From positions 1 through 64,000 of the forward strand of contig CBFFRP010000409.1 of NCBI GenBank assembly GCA_965644295.1: a stretch of 64,000 nucleotides of DNA, written 5' to 3'. How positions within the stretch are numbered: the first letter of the stretch is position 1; each line of letters begins with the position of its first letter. Shown piece by piece: positions 50,783 through 63,181 of this stretch. Position numbers and translations under genes: made by a program. Below the pieces are notes generated by a model. The model saw only the letters and a list, made by a program, of their open reading frames with translations, was not told the DNA's origin and searched no databases. This DNA comes from Paraphysomonas bandaiensis (lineage: Eukaryota; Protista; Chrysophyceae).

Positions 50783-53700
50783 TTAATTCACACGACACTC
50801 TTCGAATGGAACCCCTGCCTGTGAAAAAAGCTTACTCCAAGCTTTTTGCCAGACACTCATCTTATCGTTCGTACTCTTCACTTCAGTTACAAATATACAA
50901 TCACGTGTCCACGGATATTGAGTGCTGTGTAGGCCCATTTGAGATGATAGATTATTACCCAGAGAATCGGCGACAGATGGCTCATATCGGTCAACGCAGA
51001 ACATTAAATCTGGCATTCCCCTGTAATAACATACCGGATCACGAACCATTTCCTCTAGGATGGTACTCAGTCTACTCCCACCCAAACAACACGCCACCGA
51101 TACGATAAACTTCTTTTCTGTCCTTTCCCAGTTAATCCCGAAACACCTTTTCCCATAGCATTGGTCATACTTTTCAGATAGTTGTCTCCTAATAGTTCCG
51201 ACGTCGGAGCACTTTAAAGCGTTAAGTATGGCGCATATTTTACCCCTTCGCCTTTGAAAGAAACTTTCATTTTGAACCAAGGGACTGTTAGGACCCTGGC
51301 AGTGTCTACCAGGAAGTAGGTCGATAGGACGGTCAAGAAACTCCCTTATCATTCCAAACGAAAGGGTAGAGTCATACATCGCATCCCATAGCACAAGCGA
51401 CATTAGTACCAACCATATAGAGCCCTCACAGTAAGACCCTAGCCAGGTCAGATGATTACCAGGAAGCGTTACTGTCCCATGCACCCAAGCACCCGGGCCT
51501 TTACATGTCTCCAACACATTTTGTACAAATGTATCAACACAACCTCTTGTAGGATCATTGTCGATTACAAACTTCGCCTCATCGTATAGGTGTAGCTCAA
51601 CTCCTTCGCATCCGTTGCCACCAATAACAGACAAATATCGACATAATGCAAACTTTTCAACAATCATGCCACAATCGCGGTTGTTAAAATATGCCACACG
51701 CGTGGCATTGGCCGAAATATCATCCAAGTGACTTGTTAGGTCACGACGGACATTTATTATTCCGCTTTCCTGACTATCAACCCTCTCGTATATCAAACGC
51801 TTTCTCCGCTTAAACGGCTGATTATCACCTGCACTTGTCACTGGACGTTGACGAGTACCACGAATCAATCTACCGCGAAACCAGCGAATCTGGTGTGCCA
51901 AAGGCGGAACATATCGTTTCGGAGGAGTTCTATCAGGGTCAGCACTTTGATCTAGAACATACTTTCTATTTCGACGCCTTCGCCCTCTAGAGTCATTTCC
52001 ACGATACATAGATGCCAGCTTTTCGATTTCTTCTGCATCGGCGGCATTTGTACCTCCCAACTGCCCACAAGACTCAAGCGCGGCGGAAAGTGCATGGAAA
52101 ATTTCATCTCTTGGTGCTTGTAGGTGCCGTAAACAGACAAGTAGGCGGATATGGCACTTGCCACGTACACTGGAAAGGATATCGTCCACAATTTCTAAAC
52201 CATTGAATAGTTTTCGACTTTTATCACCATTCAATAAATAACGCATAATTCGAATTGAAATATTGTAGTCATCTCGCCAACCACTGCAAGCGGTAAAGCG
52301 CTTCTTTTTCCACTGAGCTCTTCGTTCAAAATAATTTAGAAATTCAAACAGCCCACATAAAATTGGCCAGAGGGGAAGGACATGATACAATCTTGCCGAC
52401 ACAAATTCAGTAGAGAGAGATGCATAGTCATCATTAGACCCCCACGTAGTAGCTATTCCGGTGAAGGATACTGTCTCGTCGCTGCTCTCTCGCCACCCTT
52501 GCAAAACCATATCCAGCATGAGCTCAACATTACAGTCTATATCACTGTACACAGGTGGCTCATCGTCATCCTCCCCATTCACCAAAGCATCCCATTGACT
52601 ACTGATTCTACTTCTATGGTTTTCGTTTGACTCCTTCACGAGAGACTTCACTATATCACGCCATATCATAGCATCCCGGTAAGCACAGATATGTCTCACA
52701 TTCGTGTACAGACTGTCGAATGGTATATTCCGCACAGGCACTTCAAATGAAGTAAGAACATATGATGCACTATAACACACGCAATAGTTCATTACAAATA
52801 CGTCGATAACATATAATACACGATCGTTCAAATGTTGAAACTGTACATGCTGGTCAGAGTCATCCTGAAATTTTGGTGAGCTGTCACAAAAGCATTGCGA
52901 AGTACGATATATATTTTCCAGCATGTAGTCACATATTGCGTTCAGTGTAAGATTATCAGGGGTAGTGGAATCTGAGTACGGCACGCAGAGATAATAAACA
53001 ATATACACTAGCGCCCATTTAACAAGGCATGATCTACACTTCCGTAACGACAGCACTACGTCTTGTATATCCACACAAATCCTGGAAAAGTTACACACAT
53101 AACGCTGACTGAGCGTCATTTTCCCATGAAATACAGTGGTAAATAAACCCTCCAGCTCTGGGCCGTATGGTGAATGGAGTAGTGTTACAATATTCTTCAC
53201 AGCAGTAAGTACACGCAGCACAATTGGAAATTCGTCACACAATAGCTTAGAATTACTGCGGGTCACTGGTGATTCATCCGAGCATGGAACAATCGCGGCT
53301 GGTGGTATAGATACACGATTTAATGAAGTACTAAGTCTTCGTTCTTCGCTTGAAAATAATTTATCTAGAATAGAACGCACACTATCGGCAGTTTGAACCA
53401 GTTCTGAAGCGACATAATGCCAAACCACACCTCCCCTATCTCTCCACTTCTTACAATGTTGAGAATTCGGTGATATCAATAGACTACCAATCTGACACTG
53501 TTTAATCAACTGTGACGACCTCGAATAGACGTATATGTCAGCATCACAGTGTATCTCTCGCCTGCACCATATGCGGCGCTGTGAGCTCATCCAATACTTG
53601 TGTCCTATGGGATACTTGCAACACAGCTTTGGAGAATAGTCCCTCAGAGCTCTCCATAACTCTCTGCCTCTTTCATTCCATCGTGATTCAGCGATATAAT

Positions 53701-53851
53701 TGGACTGTATAGCGATGTGTAAGTTATGAGTGTTGATGCGATGTACGGACTCATAAGCACTGAACGATAACTGATTAGTCAGATGAATAAGAGAGAGATT
53801 ATCGTCAGTTAAAACACCATCAAACTCACAGTATATCACTGGTTTACTCAT
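50783..53851 (-). CDS. FAN1-like VRR-NUC nuclease with an N-terminal degenerate HAD-like domain
   Basis: C-terminal VEKFALCRY, EGSIW..L..LVLWD, GMPDL, EVKSTNDKMSVWQKAW; N-terminal IYCEFDGVLTD..GRELW. Intronless. Confidence 0.8.
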   Translation of the reverse strand: MSKPVIYCEFDGVLTDDNLSLIHLTNQLSFSAYESVHRINTHNLHIAIQSNYIAESRWNERGRELWRALRDYSPKLCCKYPIGHKYWMSSQRRIWCRREIHCDADIYVYSRSSQLIKQCQIGSLLISPNSQHCKKWRDRGGVVWHYVASELVQTADSVRSILDKLFSSEERRLSTSLNRVSIPPAAIVPCSDESPVTRSNSKLLCDEFPIVLRVLTAVKNIVTLLHSPYGPELEGLFTTVFHGKMTLSQRYVCNFSRICVDIQDVVLSLRKCRSCLVKWALVYIVYYLCVPYSDSTTPDNLTLNAICDYMLENIYRTSQCFCDSSPKFQDDSDQHVQFQHLNDRVLYVIDVFVMNYCVCYSASYVLTSFEVPVRNIPFDSLYTNVRHICAYRDAMIWRDIVKSLVKESNENHRSRISSQWDALVNGEDDDEPPVYSDIDCNVELMLDMVLQGWRESSDETVSFTGIATTWGSNDDYASLSTEFVSARLYHVLPLWPILCGLFEFLNYFERRAQWKKKRFTACSGWRDDYNISIRIMRYLLNGDKSRKLFNGLEIVDDILSSVRGKCHIRLLVCLRHLQAPRDEIFHALSAALESCGQLGGTNAADAEEIEKLASMYRGNDSRGRRRRNRKYVLDQSADPDRTPPKRYVPPLAHQIRWFRGRLIRGTRQRPVTSAGDNQPFKRRKRLIYERVDSQESGIINVRRDLTSHLDDISANATRVAYFNNRDCGMIVEKFALCRYLSVIGGNGCEGVELHLYDEAKFVIDNDPTRGCVDTFVQNVLETCKGPGAWVHGTVTLPGNHLTWLGSYCEGSIWLVLMSLVLWDAMYDSTLSFGMIREFLDRPIDLLPGRHCQGPNSPLVQNESFFQRRRGKICAILNALKCSDVGTIRRQLSEKYDQCYGKRCFGINWERTEKKFIVSVACCLGGSRLSTILEEMVRDPVCYYRGMPDLMFCVDRYEPSVADSLGNNLSSQMGLHSTQYPWTRDCIFVTEVKSTNDKMSVWQKAWSKLFSQAGVPFEECRVN

Positions 53852-54213
53852 ATGGGATATAGTGATTACATCAGTGATTGTGAATGATGTGACTGATGTT
53901 TAATGCCACCTGACTATACATGTATGTATGCTATGAGACCCTTCTATGTACTCTCGTCATGATGAGGTGGACTAATAGTTGGGATATTTACAGGAATATC
54001 CCTGGTTTCCGGAATGAAAACCAGTTTTCCTGTACTATTCAAACTCCTTTGTAGGAGTACCAGCACTGCTGTGCTATATATACAGATAGGTGTTGGGATC
54101 TTGAGGCACGGAGGAGTGATTCAATGTGCATGGAATAGAGGCCGAGTGATTCACCCTGTTACAATATATCTCCCACCAGACTCGTCTATACTTGTACGAC
54201 TAGTTCATTTGCA

Positions 54214-55555
54214 ATGCATCACGTTCTCAGCTTCTTACAGCAGGCCTCTGCACATAATGTAACCTTGACGCACACTCTTTTGTCGTTTTAATCCTTATTT
54301 TGCTTTATTTTCAGGCGAATTCATCTTCGAATACGGAACAAAAGAGGTAACGTGTAATGGCGAGATGTTTATTCTCTGAAAGTATTGTTTGTAGAGTTCA
54401 ACTTGCGGTACAAGTTCGACAGCGAATGAACCGAGCGGATAACGTTCAGAAGCAATCGGAACAGTCTTGCTGTGATTTGTATGCACATTGGTTTGTTTCA
54501 TTGTTAGCGTTATGCGAGAGTGCTGCCCGACTAACTGTACACTCTGCTATTGTGGGGGTTGTACTTATTCTCTACTATGTTATATACTGTCTGTCGTGTG
54601 GTAAAGTAAGTGTGAGTAACGTGATGGCCCATCAAATGAGTCGATGCAGTTTGTATTCCGGCCTGTTATTTGCAATGCTAGGGAATATATGTACGTTTTA
54701 TCATATTGTAAATGCAATTCTAAAGTGTGATTTTATGAAGTGGTACCTTGGAACCCAGTTCTCTATGTTTTTCACCAATCAGGAACACTCTCAAGGTACA
54801 CATACACTGTTCTAGTTTCTTTTTAGGCGTGTATTTGTTATGATATGAAGTACGTTTACATAGTGTATATCAATTGGTTTTGGATATATATAGATATCTT
54901 ATAATTCGACCTCAGGCCAAACGTTCCGGGCTCTTTGCTCCACCTTCAGGATATTCCCTCTGCACTAGACATAGACTGTTGGAGCTGTTGCATCTGTTGC
55001 GGGTGCCGCAAAGGCCATTGCGTCTGCTGTGGTCAGCCTGCAGAGTCGAGCCTTCCGCCTTATAAGCTGGCGCAAGTATGTATATGTTCACTTATACTAA
55101 TTGTATCTTTTTACCGCACCTCTTTCACGTACACAGATCTCGCTACTAAGTGTGGGGTTTTGCTCGGGGTGTGGCTGGTATCAGTGTGTCGGAGGGGATT
55201 CCTTCCACCGCAAACTAGGTCTGTTTAAATTTGTCTTTTCCGAAATGCCTAAGTATGAATGATTTTAGACAAGGCATTTAGTGAGGTTGATGTTGAAAAT
55301 GCTGAGGCTACTCGAGCATTCTACCAGCAGGTAGCTATCTATATACACATGACATGATATAATACGATTCTATTGTACATGAATTTTACTTGTTTGGAAT
55401 AGAACTACAACTGTACATCCTTCGATGAGCTATTTCGGAGAGATGTATGTGGTGAAGTGGTCGCCCCAGTAGCACAGCAGAGAGATATGCACTACCCCGT
55501 AGTAGTGCAAGCGCAACCAGTGCAAGGAACCACTGTTGGTGTGAACTACAAGTAA
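54214..55555 (+). CDS. Cys-rich small membrane protein with many short exons
   Basis: Short Cys-rich exons (CCICCGC, CVCCG, CSGCGW) bounded by GT-AG; ends VVVQAQPVQGTTVGVNYK*. Exon structure tentative. Confidence 0.5.
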
Positions 55556-56963
55556 TAACTGAATTGCGGAATTGCCCTACTTGATATTGGGCTACTGCAA
55601 GCATGAAATATAAAGTATATAATGCGTAGTAGCGTCAATGTATAGTTATTGCCGAATATACAACATATACTATGTATCAGGATCAGGAACAACTGTACAG
55701 CGTTGAGATATACAATGTGCACAGCTGCGAGTTTTCGATGCAATATTCAAGTGACTTAGGAAGCATTAGTACACGATTGCAATTAACTACAAGTTCGTAA
55801 TACTATTTTCAATTATTTCAATGGTATTGTTGATCGCTTTGAAAAACTATGGCACTATTTTGGCTACAGTATCGATATACATTTTTAAGACTAGAAAGAG
55901 ATATCACAAATTAACAGTGGATGTACTTCTCCTAAAATATACTCCAAAATAATATTTTAAGAAGTGCTTACTATAGTAGTAACAGGAAAGTAGGTATCTT
56001 TGTCAAAATCTGGGGCCGTGAAAATTTGTAAAAGAGGATGATTGTAAACACCTTATTATTTTGTAGCGGTTGTGCTTCTACACTTCTACATGAAGGAGTT
56101 AGGATGGAGAGTATATCTTCTGTATTCTATTTGGAATGCAATCAATTGCTAAATATATTTGAGAACTATGCATTAGTATGACCGTATGACCTTATCACGG
56201 CTGGCCATCTATGACGCATTTCAATTGTGAGTTCGGCCTCTCGTTGATTTTATAAAACAGTAGCAAACGCTCTAATAAAAGTATGCTTATTACAGGAGAC
56301 ACTACATCTCCATCCATCCTTACATTTCTATTTCAAGCTATTTATTCTTGTTTCGGAGGATGCCTCAATCTCATCTAATAGTGTTTATAGAGTTTAAACA
56401 ATATGCAGCTAATCAACTTCTTCTGTTTATGTTACTGTACACATGATGCCATATTAGAACAAGAAGATAGCCAATGAGTACATATCTATCGTGCGCACCT
56501 CACAGTTTTACTGTCCTAGATACCATACCTGTTAGAGATAGATCTACCTATAGATATCTAGATATATAGATAGCTATGCATGGATGCAGATGTCCACATA
56601 TAGGTATATATATACGGTATACCGTGTATACTGTATGTGTTCATGCTATCAACCAAACCTTCCAGAGCTTTGATTGGACATAAAGTGTACAAAAAGAACC
56701 TACTCTGCTGATGATGATGGTGAATAAAGTGTCAGCATGGATATTCACGATCCCTCTCCGCACCCTCGGCCTGACTGCATATGCAAAGCACCCTTCACAC
56801 TTCCATCTTAGAACTTCGATCATCCATGACGGCATAGCAATGATTCATACCTACACTATCACTGTATAGACCTACTTCACTTCACTGTATCTTCACTTCA
56901 CTTCACTGTATTGACTTCGTATATTATCTTCTTGTTCTGTATGCGTTAACACCGTAAGCTAAC

Positions 56964-58839
56964 ATGAGTGAAGTAAGTGATATTACGAGTGAAGTAAGTG
57001 ATATTACGGATATCGGGGACGGAGTGGACCGGCAATGGATTAACGGTAAACCTCATAGTATAACAACAGCCGTAACATCATGAGATACTGTTATAGTATC
57101 ACAAGTGAAATCCATTGAAGATATGTTGACAATCCTCTCACTCACACGTCTTTATTACTGTTTAATGGCTATCTGTTCGATGATATTCTTCTCTAGCGGG
57201 GTAGAGATGTCTATAGGAGTATTCGCATCAGCGGGATGGGTGAATGAGATGAATTACGATCAGTTGTTTCTCTTCTCTGGTGTTCTGTTAATCGGACAGT
57301 TCTTTGGGACATATGTGTTCGGTTTATTGGCAGGTCAGTTGATGTGATATGCACGTATGACTCTTGTGGCGTGTGAGATGACTGGACATCCACATACTTA
57401 TAACGATGTGGGTATTCATGAATTAAATATTTATTTGTGTGCTCAGATTATTTCGGACGAAGGAAAACAATCATTGCAAGTAAGCAGCAACCTTGTCTCT
57501 GTTGCTCCTGTTTGACGTCTCACACAGGTAGTTTTGTGATTGCATGCAGCAGTGTATTGGCCGCATTTACAGAGAGCCACTGGCCTCTTTTGGCCCTTAG
57601 AGCGGTAACAGGATTCGGTTTTGGCGGGCTAACCGTTGCATTCGATCTAGTTGCGGAATATGTACCCGGAAGCTATCGAGGACGATTCTTGGTTCTCTTG
57701 AAAGGATTCTGGGCCTTGGGCATACTCACGACTCCTGTAGTATTCGTGATGTGCAAGCCCTTCCTTGGATATAGAGTGGTTGTTCTTATCTGCGCCGCGC
57801 CTGCTTGTATATCTACTGTTTTGTCAGCATGTTTCTTGCCAGAAAGTGCTCGTTGGCTCTTAGTAATGGGAAAGCCGCATCTGGCTGAGGATGCTCTACG
57901 GTACTGTGGAAGTAGAGATGTATCTCTCTATAAACTTCAACCTCATAGTGCTCCACAAACGTCAGCATTCAGCTTTCTCAACGCTGATAACAAAGGGTTG
58001 ATTATGCCGTTATGTGTGTTATGGACATGCTTTGGTTTCGTTTCGTCTGGTGTAGTGGTACACCTTTGCACCGGTCTGATGCACAATGAATCTAGTTCTA
58101 ATTCCACACTGAACCCTTCTGCCTACGAGCTCTTACTGCGTGGCTCGATAGCTGAACTCGTCGGTATCGTAGTGGCGATCTTAATGGTTGATTCATGTGG
58201 TCGTGTATCATCTCAGGTATCATCTGATATTTGACGTGCCCTCAGTTTGACAGAAACATGTAGGTATCTTTGTTTGCGGGTAGTGGTGTGGCTGCTTTCT
58301 GTCTTGGTCTCGGCATTCCCTCTTTGACGGAGAGTATACTAGTTGTAATTCTTCTTGCCACTCTTTCAGGAGGGACTGCGGTGTCGTGGACTGCTACGGC
58401 TGAACTCTTTCCTACTTCTTGTCGAGCTACGGGACACGCATTCGTGCACAGCTTCTCCATATTGGGTAGCTTACTTGGACTCATGCTATATGCGGCTACT
58501 ACTACCCGGTCCTTGTTTATATGCTCTGTGCTCTCGCTAGCTGGCTGCTTGGCCGCAGTTTTTGCCCTGTTTCCACCTGAAACTTACGGTAGTAACCCTT
58601 GAGAATTACGTAATGTAACTAATTTTTTTGTAGGGAACACGTTGGACGCGGTAAATATATGGCAATGCGTGATGTTTTGAAGTGTTTAATATTGATTCAT
58701 ATAGGTTGGTTCTCAGAAAGTAAATGTTAAGCCTAAAGTTATTACTCCGCGGAAACCTCGTGGAAACGTAGTATTCGATGCTAATGCTCGCTATGAGCAA
58801 TTCTTTGCGGATCCTTTCGATGGGAATGATGATGTATAG
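56964..58839 (+). CDS. MFS transporter (SVOP/organic cation family)
   Basis: DYFGRRK, RAVTGFGFGG, AEYVPGSYRG, LPESARWL, TAELFPTSCRATG, PETYG. Confidence 0.9.
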
Positions 58840-59197
58840 GAAGGGTCACTATAATTTTATTGGTGCGTGGTATTACTAGTACATGTATAATATAACGTAT
58901 AACGATGTTGAACTTCTTGGTGTAGTACTGAAAAAGTTATTGGTTATATTAAAGTGTAGTCGTTGAAATAAATAATTTAAAGTTGTTAATATTAAATTAC
59001 TCTGATCTCTGATAGCTAGGAGAATGTCCTTGTACCAAATGAACTTCCCATCGTGTGCTGATGCGTTGTACAATGTAGAAAGTTCTTGCAGCATTAGTAC
59101 TTTAAGTTGCAACATCCAACATATAGAATGTGTTCTGTTCCAACGGTACGTGTGCTAAGCAACGCAACTATGACAAATTATACGCTGTTAAGGCTCG

Positions 59198-59496
59198 CTC
59201 AACAAAGTCGGACTCTCACCATTTCGTGGTGTTCTGGGGGATAAGTATTGGAGATATTTCTCCGGGAAACTAACGTTCTTGTAGCCAGCAGATAACTTTT
59301 TGTCGGCTCATAGCTTGTGTAGACGTCACTTTGGGCCCTGACGAATAAACATACATCTGGGTTGTTCACCTTAAGGACTTATAAAATGTCAGGTATATCA
59401 ACATTCTTCTTGTTCATTGAGTTTTCTTTGAGTAATAGAGCGGCCGTAATTGCACCTTGGTGCTAGCGGCGACACACAAGCAACTTTCGTAGCGTT
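59198..59496 (+). mobile_element. Structured short interspersed element, copy 2 (internally deleted and diverged)
   Basis: Same 5' start ctcaacaaagtcggactc and same 3' end gtagcgtt as 3283-3645. Confidence 0.7.
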
Positions 59497-59594
59497 ATAT
59501 AATTGGATATCATAGTTAAGCACTAGTTAGTTAAATAGTGCTGAAACTAAAACGCCTATTGCTAATAATAAGACATTAACTACTAAAAAATGGT

Positions 59595-59780
59595 TAACTG
59601 AAATAGTTTTACTGTGTACAAGATCGTGTCTATCTAAGATGTGAAAAATTTAGTATATTGATTGGTAGTAGAGAGTAGAGAGAGCATAAATTTAAGGAAT
59701 GTCAATGAATGGTAAGAGATGGTGATTATAATTTTACTAATTGATTAATGAGGGAGTTGATCGCTTTATAAATACTTAAT
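59595..59780 (+). repeat. Degenerate LTR-like remnant related to the Copia LTR
   Basis: Colinear motifs aactgaaata / tgtacaagat / taagat / gtagtagaga / gtcaatgaatg shared with the 320-bp LTR. Confidence 0.4.
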
Positions 59781-60498
59781 AGCTATTTTTCCATTCAAAT
59801 ATAAAATACAAAATACTGATATTACGATATCGGATGGTAGTTTGATCAGCTTGGGGTGATCATATGAACGAAAAATATCAAGGCTTCCCGAGCACGAAGC
59901 AGCAGCAAAATCGTCATTTTAGACAATACTACAAAACACTTCGAGAAAAGGCTTCCCGAGCAGAGAGTTAACTGAATACAGATTACATATGATTTAGAAT
60001 AGAATTGCACATCTTAAATAAATGAACATATATATACATCCACCTGTTTGTCTTAGTTGGGTTTTGGTGGTCTGTCAGTTATGAGGAATCGAGTCACGAA
60101 GTATCAGCTCTAAATAGGAGAGGGAGTGTCAAGTCTATAACTAATTTATATTAACTAATCTATGTAAGCTGTACTCGGCACATACACTGCCAAGCGCATC
60201 CTAAGAGGAGACCTGATCTTGCTATTCCCACTGATGCAACTACTCAGTATGTATTACTCAGGTACTATAATTATAGTCAAAGGGAAAAGAAGATGTGCAC
60301 GACACCCCCACAGGATTCTAAGAACACCAAACTACTGATAATGTTATCGCGCAAAAAACAATATTCATACCCAGCTGCGTATTTTACGTTATAAATTTCT
60401 TAACACATAGGCACGTAAATTATACTACTGGAGTAACTTGTTTACCATGCCGTCGTATATACACTACCATCATGCTCTCAAGAGATACTATCTATATC

Positions 60499-60920
60499 TT
60501 AACCTCCGTGGATAACAATCTGGTCGTCGTGGCATATCTCCTGATCAACAAAGAACTCACGAACATTTGTCCTCTGATCTCCTGACAGCTGAATAATCTC
60601 TCCGAGCTCAGCATCATTATTCACAGTTCCATTGCACTGAAAAGTTTTCTTGAGTGCTCTTGTGATCTTCTTGAGGTCAAGATCATCAGGGAGACCTTGA
60701 ATAGTAGTGATACACTTCCGTCTAATACGCAGCCATCACACACATACAGTCAGTAGTGATATAAGCCTACCCATTACGCTGTTGAACACGGACGTGAATC
60801 TTACTCCCCTTATCATCTTCCTTATCCGCAAACGGATCTGTGAGCAGATAATTAGATTCCTGCTACAGAATTATGTAACTAATATATACCCGAAGCCTGG
60901 GCGAAATTCTTGATATCCAT
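60499..60920 (-). CDS. SUI1: Translation initiation factor eIF1/SUI1 (3 exons)
   Basis: Spliced: MDIKNFAQAS|DPFAD..KIHVRVQQRNG|RKCITTIQGL..KKTFQCNG..IIQLSGDQR..IVIHGG*. Missed by the ORF track. Confidence 0.95.
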
Positions 60921-61366
60921 AATAATGTTAGTGACTAATAATGCGAGAGATATAAGTTAAGTATGTATGTATATATATATGTCTACACATCCCTCCAACT
61001 CCACACACCACACACCATATAACTACTAAGAACACTGTACACTTGTTCATAGAAACAAGAGGATGTGTACGACTATCTTCAACCGACATCGTTTTCAGTT
61101 TTAGTTTATAGAAAGGACGAGCAGCAGAGTGAGGGGGGGGAAGTTACTCAATCGAAGTGTCAACACTTCCTTCCTCATAGATCTGTATACATATCACTTC
61201 ATCTCTCTGGATCTACACTCACTTCTATATACTTCACTGATGGGATACTTCTAGTATGTAGTAACACTAAACGTGCTCTATAGTAGTTAGCGTGCTATAT
61301 AGTAGTTTATAACTCCTGCTAGTATCATTAGAAACCCATTGAAGTTTATCATGAAGTTGTAAGTCC

Positions 61367-62719
61367 ATGTTACCTCCAATCCCCTCCGCCTCTCAATATA
61401 GGAACGACACCAGTAAACCCTCTATTAGTAGCATCCATGAAGACAATATTAAATTACCCTCTTATTCATCCGCATACAGAGGAGTGCCTCTTGCTGGAGG
61501 GATACCTATCGATGAAGTGATGAAGAGGATGGAGATTGAGAAGTTGATGAGTAGAGAGGAGCGGCTGGCTCTTAACACCATATTAAAAAACAACAATATC
61601 AGAGATAAGGTTTTGATGGAAATACAGAAGTTAGAAATTGGCTCCAGGCAAAGATCCACTCTCAAGAGGTTACGTATGCTGATTAAACGATACCGACGGC
61701 GTGGAAGTAGGGATGCCGACAGTGTGGACGGTGCAACGGGCCAAGATGCTCTGGACCTTTCACGTAGCGGACGTGAAAATATTGTTCCCGACACCAAGGC
61801 TGCTATTTTACAAGTAGTAGGTAGTGCCCCAGTGTACTCTGAATTTGCAAGCGCTGGTGTTCTCTTGAAGTGTCGACAACGATTACAAGACTTCATATCA
61901 CAATATGGGATTGAGCGAGCACAGAGCACGCAGTTTGCAATCATTGTAGGCAGTGGATCCTGCAACCCTGTTACACGCATGCACATTCGAAAATTTTTCA
62001 TTGCGAAGCAATGCATTGAGTCGTCGTCGGATATATTCGTTCTGGGCTCCCTTCTCTCTCCAGCACACCCTCACCTCGTCAGGCAGCGCTTCCGTAGCTT
62101 TACTCGCGAGATTATTCCTGCCCCCCATCGGCTCGCAGTGGCGCAGCTATCGGTAAAGGATAGTATATGGGTAAGCGTAGATCCTTGGGAAATAACCAGG
62201 CGTCGTGTGATGGACTATCTCTCACTGCTGGAACATGTCTCTTGCATGATACAGAGCGAGTTTCTAGGGTTCAAAATAAAAACACTATACCTTTTTAAGG
62301 CCAATATGTTACCGAATCTGTCTGCCAGGGCTTTGCGTCAAGCGGACTATGGGGCTGTATGCGTGTGCCGGGCTGCTGAGTACGACCAGCTCCGTAATTC
62401 TATGCGCAGCGAATGGAGGGGTGTTCTCTGGGTGGCAGAAGATACTGCTATACTGGATGCATCCATGGACACTGTTTCTTCGCGCAAAGTTCGGGCTGCT
62501 GTGAAAGCTCAGGAGCCTCTGCAGCATCTCGTTGGTGGAATTGTGGCAAACTATTTCAAAGCTAATAGGATCGGATTGAAGGTAACGCGTTGTAGCAATG
62601 TTAACGTTTTGTTATTAATTCATTTTGATCAGATGAAGGGAGATGAAAAGTGGTCTGAAGATGAGAAGTATCTTCCCAAAATTGTGAGTAGCTCGGTGGT
62701 AGCAGCCTCAAACTCCTAG
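61367..62719 (+). CDS. Nicotinamide/nicotinate mononucleotide adenylyltransferase-like protein with N-terminal extension
   Basis: GSCNPVTRMH (cf. GSFNPITNMH), PAPHRL...WVSVDPWE, VSSRKVR. In-frame intron likely at 62582-62632; 3' end uncertain. Confidence 0.8.
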   Translation: MLPPIPSASQYRNDTSKPSISSIHEDNIKLPSYSSAYRGVPLAGGIPIDEVMKRMEIEKLMSREERLALNTILKNNNIRDKVLMEIQKLEIGSRQRSTLKRLRMLIKRYRRRGSRDADSVDGATGQDALDLSRSGRENIVPDTKAAILQVVGSAPVYSEFASAGVLLKCRQRLQDFISQYGIERAQSTQFAIIVGSGSCNPVTRMHIRKFFIAKQCIESSSDIFVLGSLLSPAHPHLVRQRFRSFTREIIPAPHRLAVAQLSVKDSIWVSVDPWEITRRRVMDYLSLLEHVSCMIQSEFLGFKIKTLYLFKANMLPNLSARALRQADYGAVCVCRAAEYDQLRNSMRSEWRGVLWVAEDTAILDASMDTVSSRKVRAAVKAQEPLQHLVGGIVANYFKANRIGLKVTRCSNVNVLLLIHFDQMKGDEKWSEDEKYLPKIVSSSVVAASNS

Positions 62720-63181
62720 TGTGCAATTTACATAGCTGCGATCGGCATTTGAGCCAACTGACCCGTGTTTGCTGTGAATGTTATTCATTGTGTATGTGCT
62801 TGAGTTCTATTTCGGTGTTGAAACTTGATATGTCTACTTAGTGTACTTATTCGTTGGTGGCTTTGAGAGTGCTAACCAAAGTCACCTTTCAATATGTGGT
62901 ACCACATCTGTTTGTGATTTACTCTTATGGAATAATCTTGTGGAATATGTGGTGCACTTATTGAATATCTTTATTAATATAATATTTTTGTCCTGGCATA
63001 ATTATAAGAATCAGTTTATTTTTCAGAGAATGTATACTTTGGGTCACTATATGCTGCATATGATTTTCCAAAATAATAAATTTTCTTTATAGAGTGTATC
63101 CAATGTAATACTAATCTTAAGTTCTTGTGTGTGATGCTTAGCAACAGGGCTAAATAAGATTTAAGCTTATTAGTAAAACAA

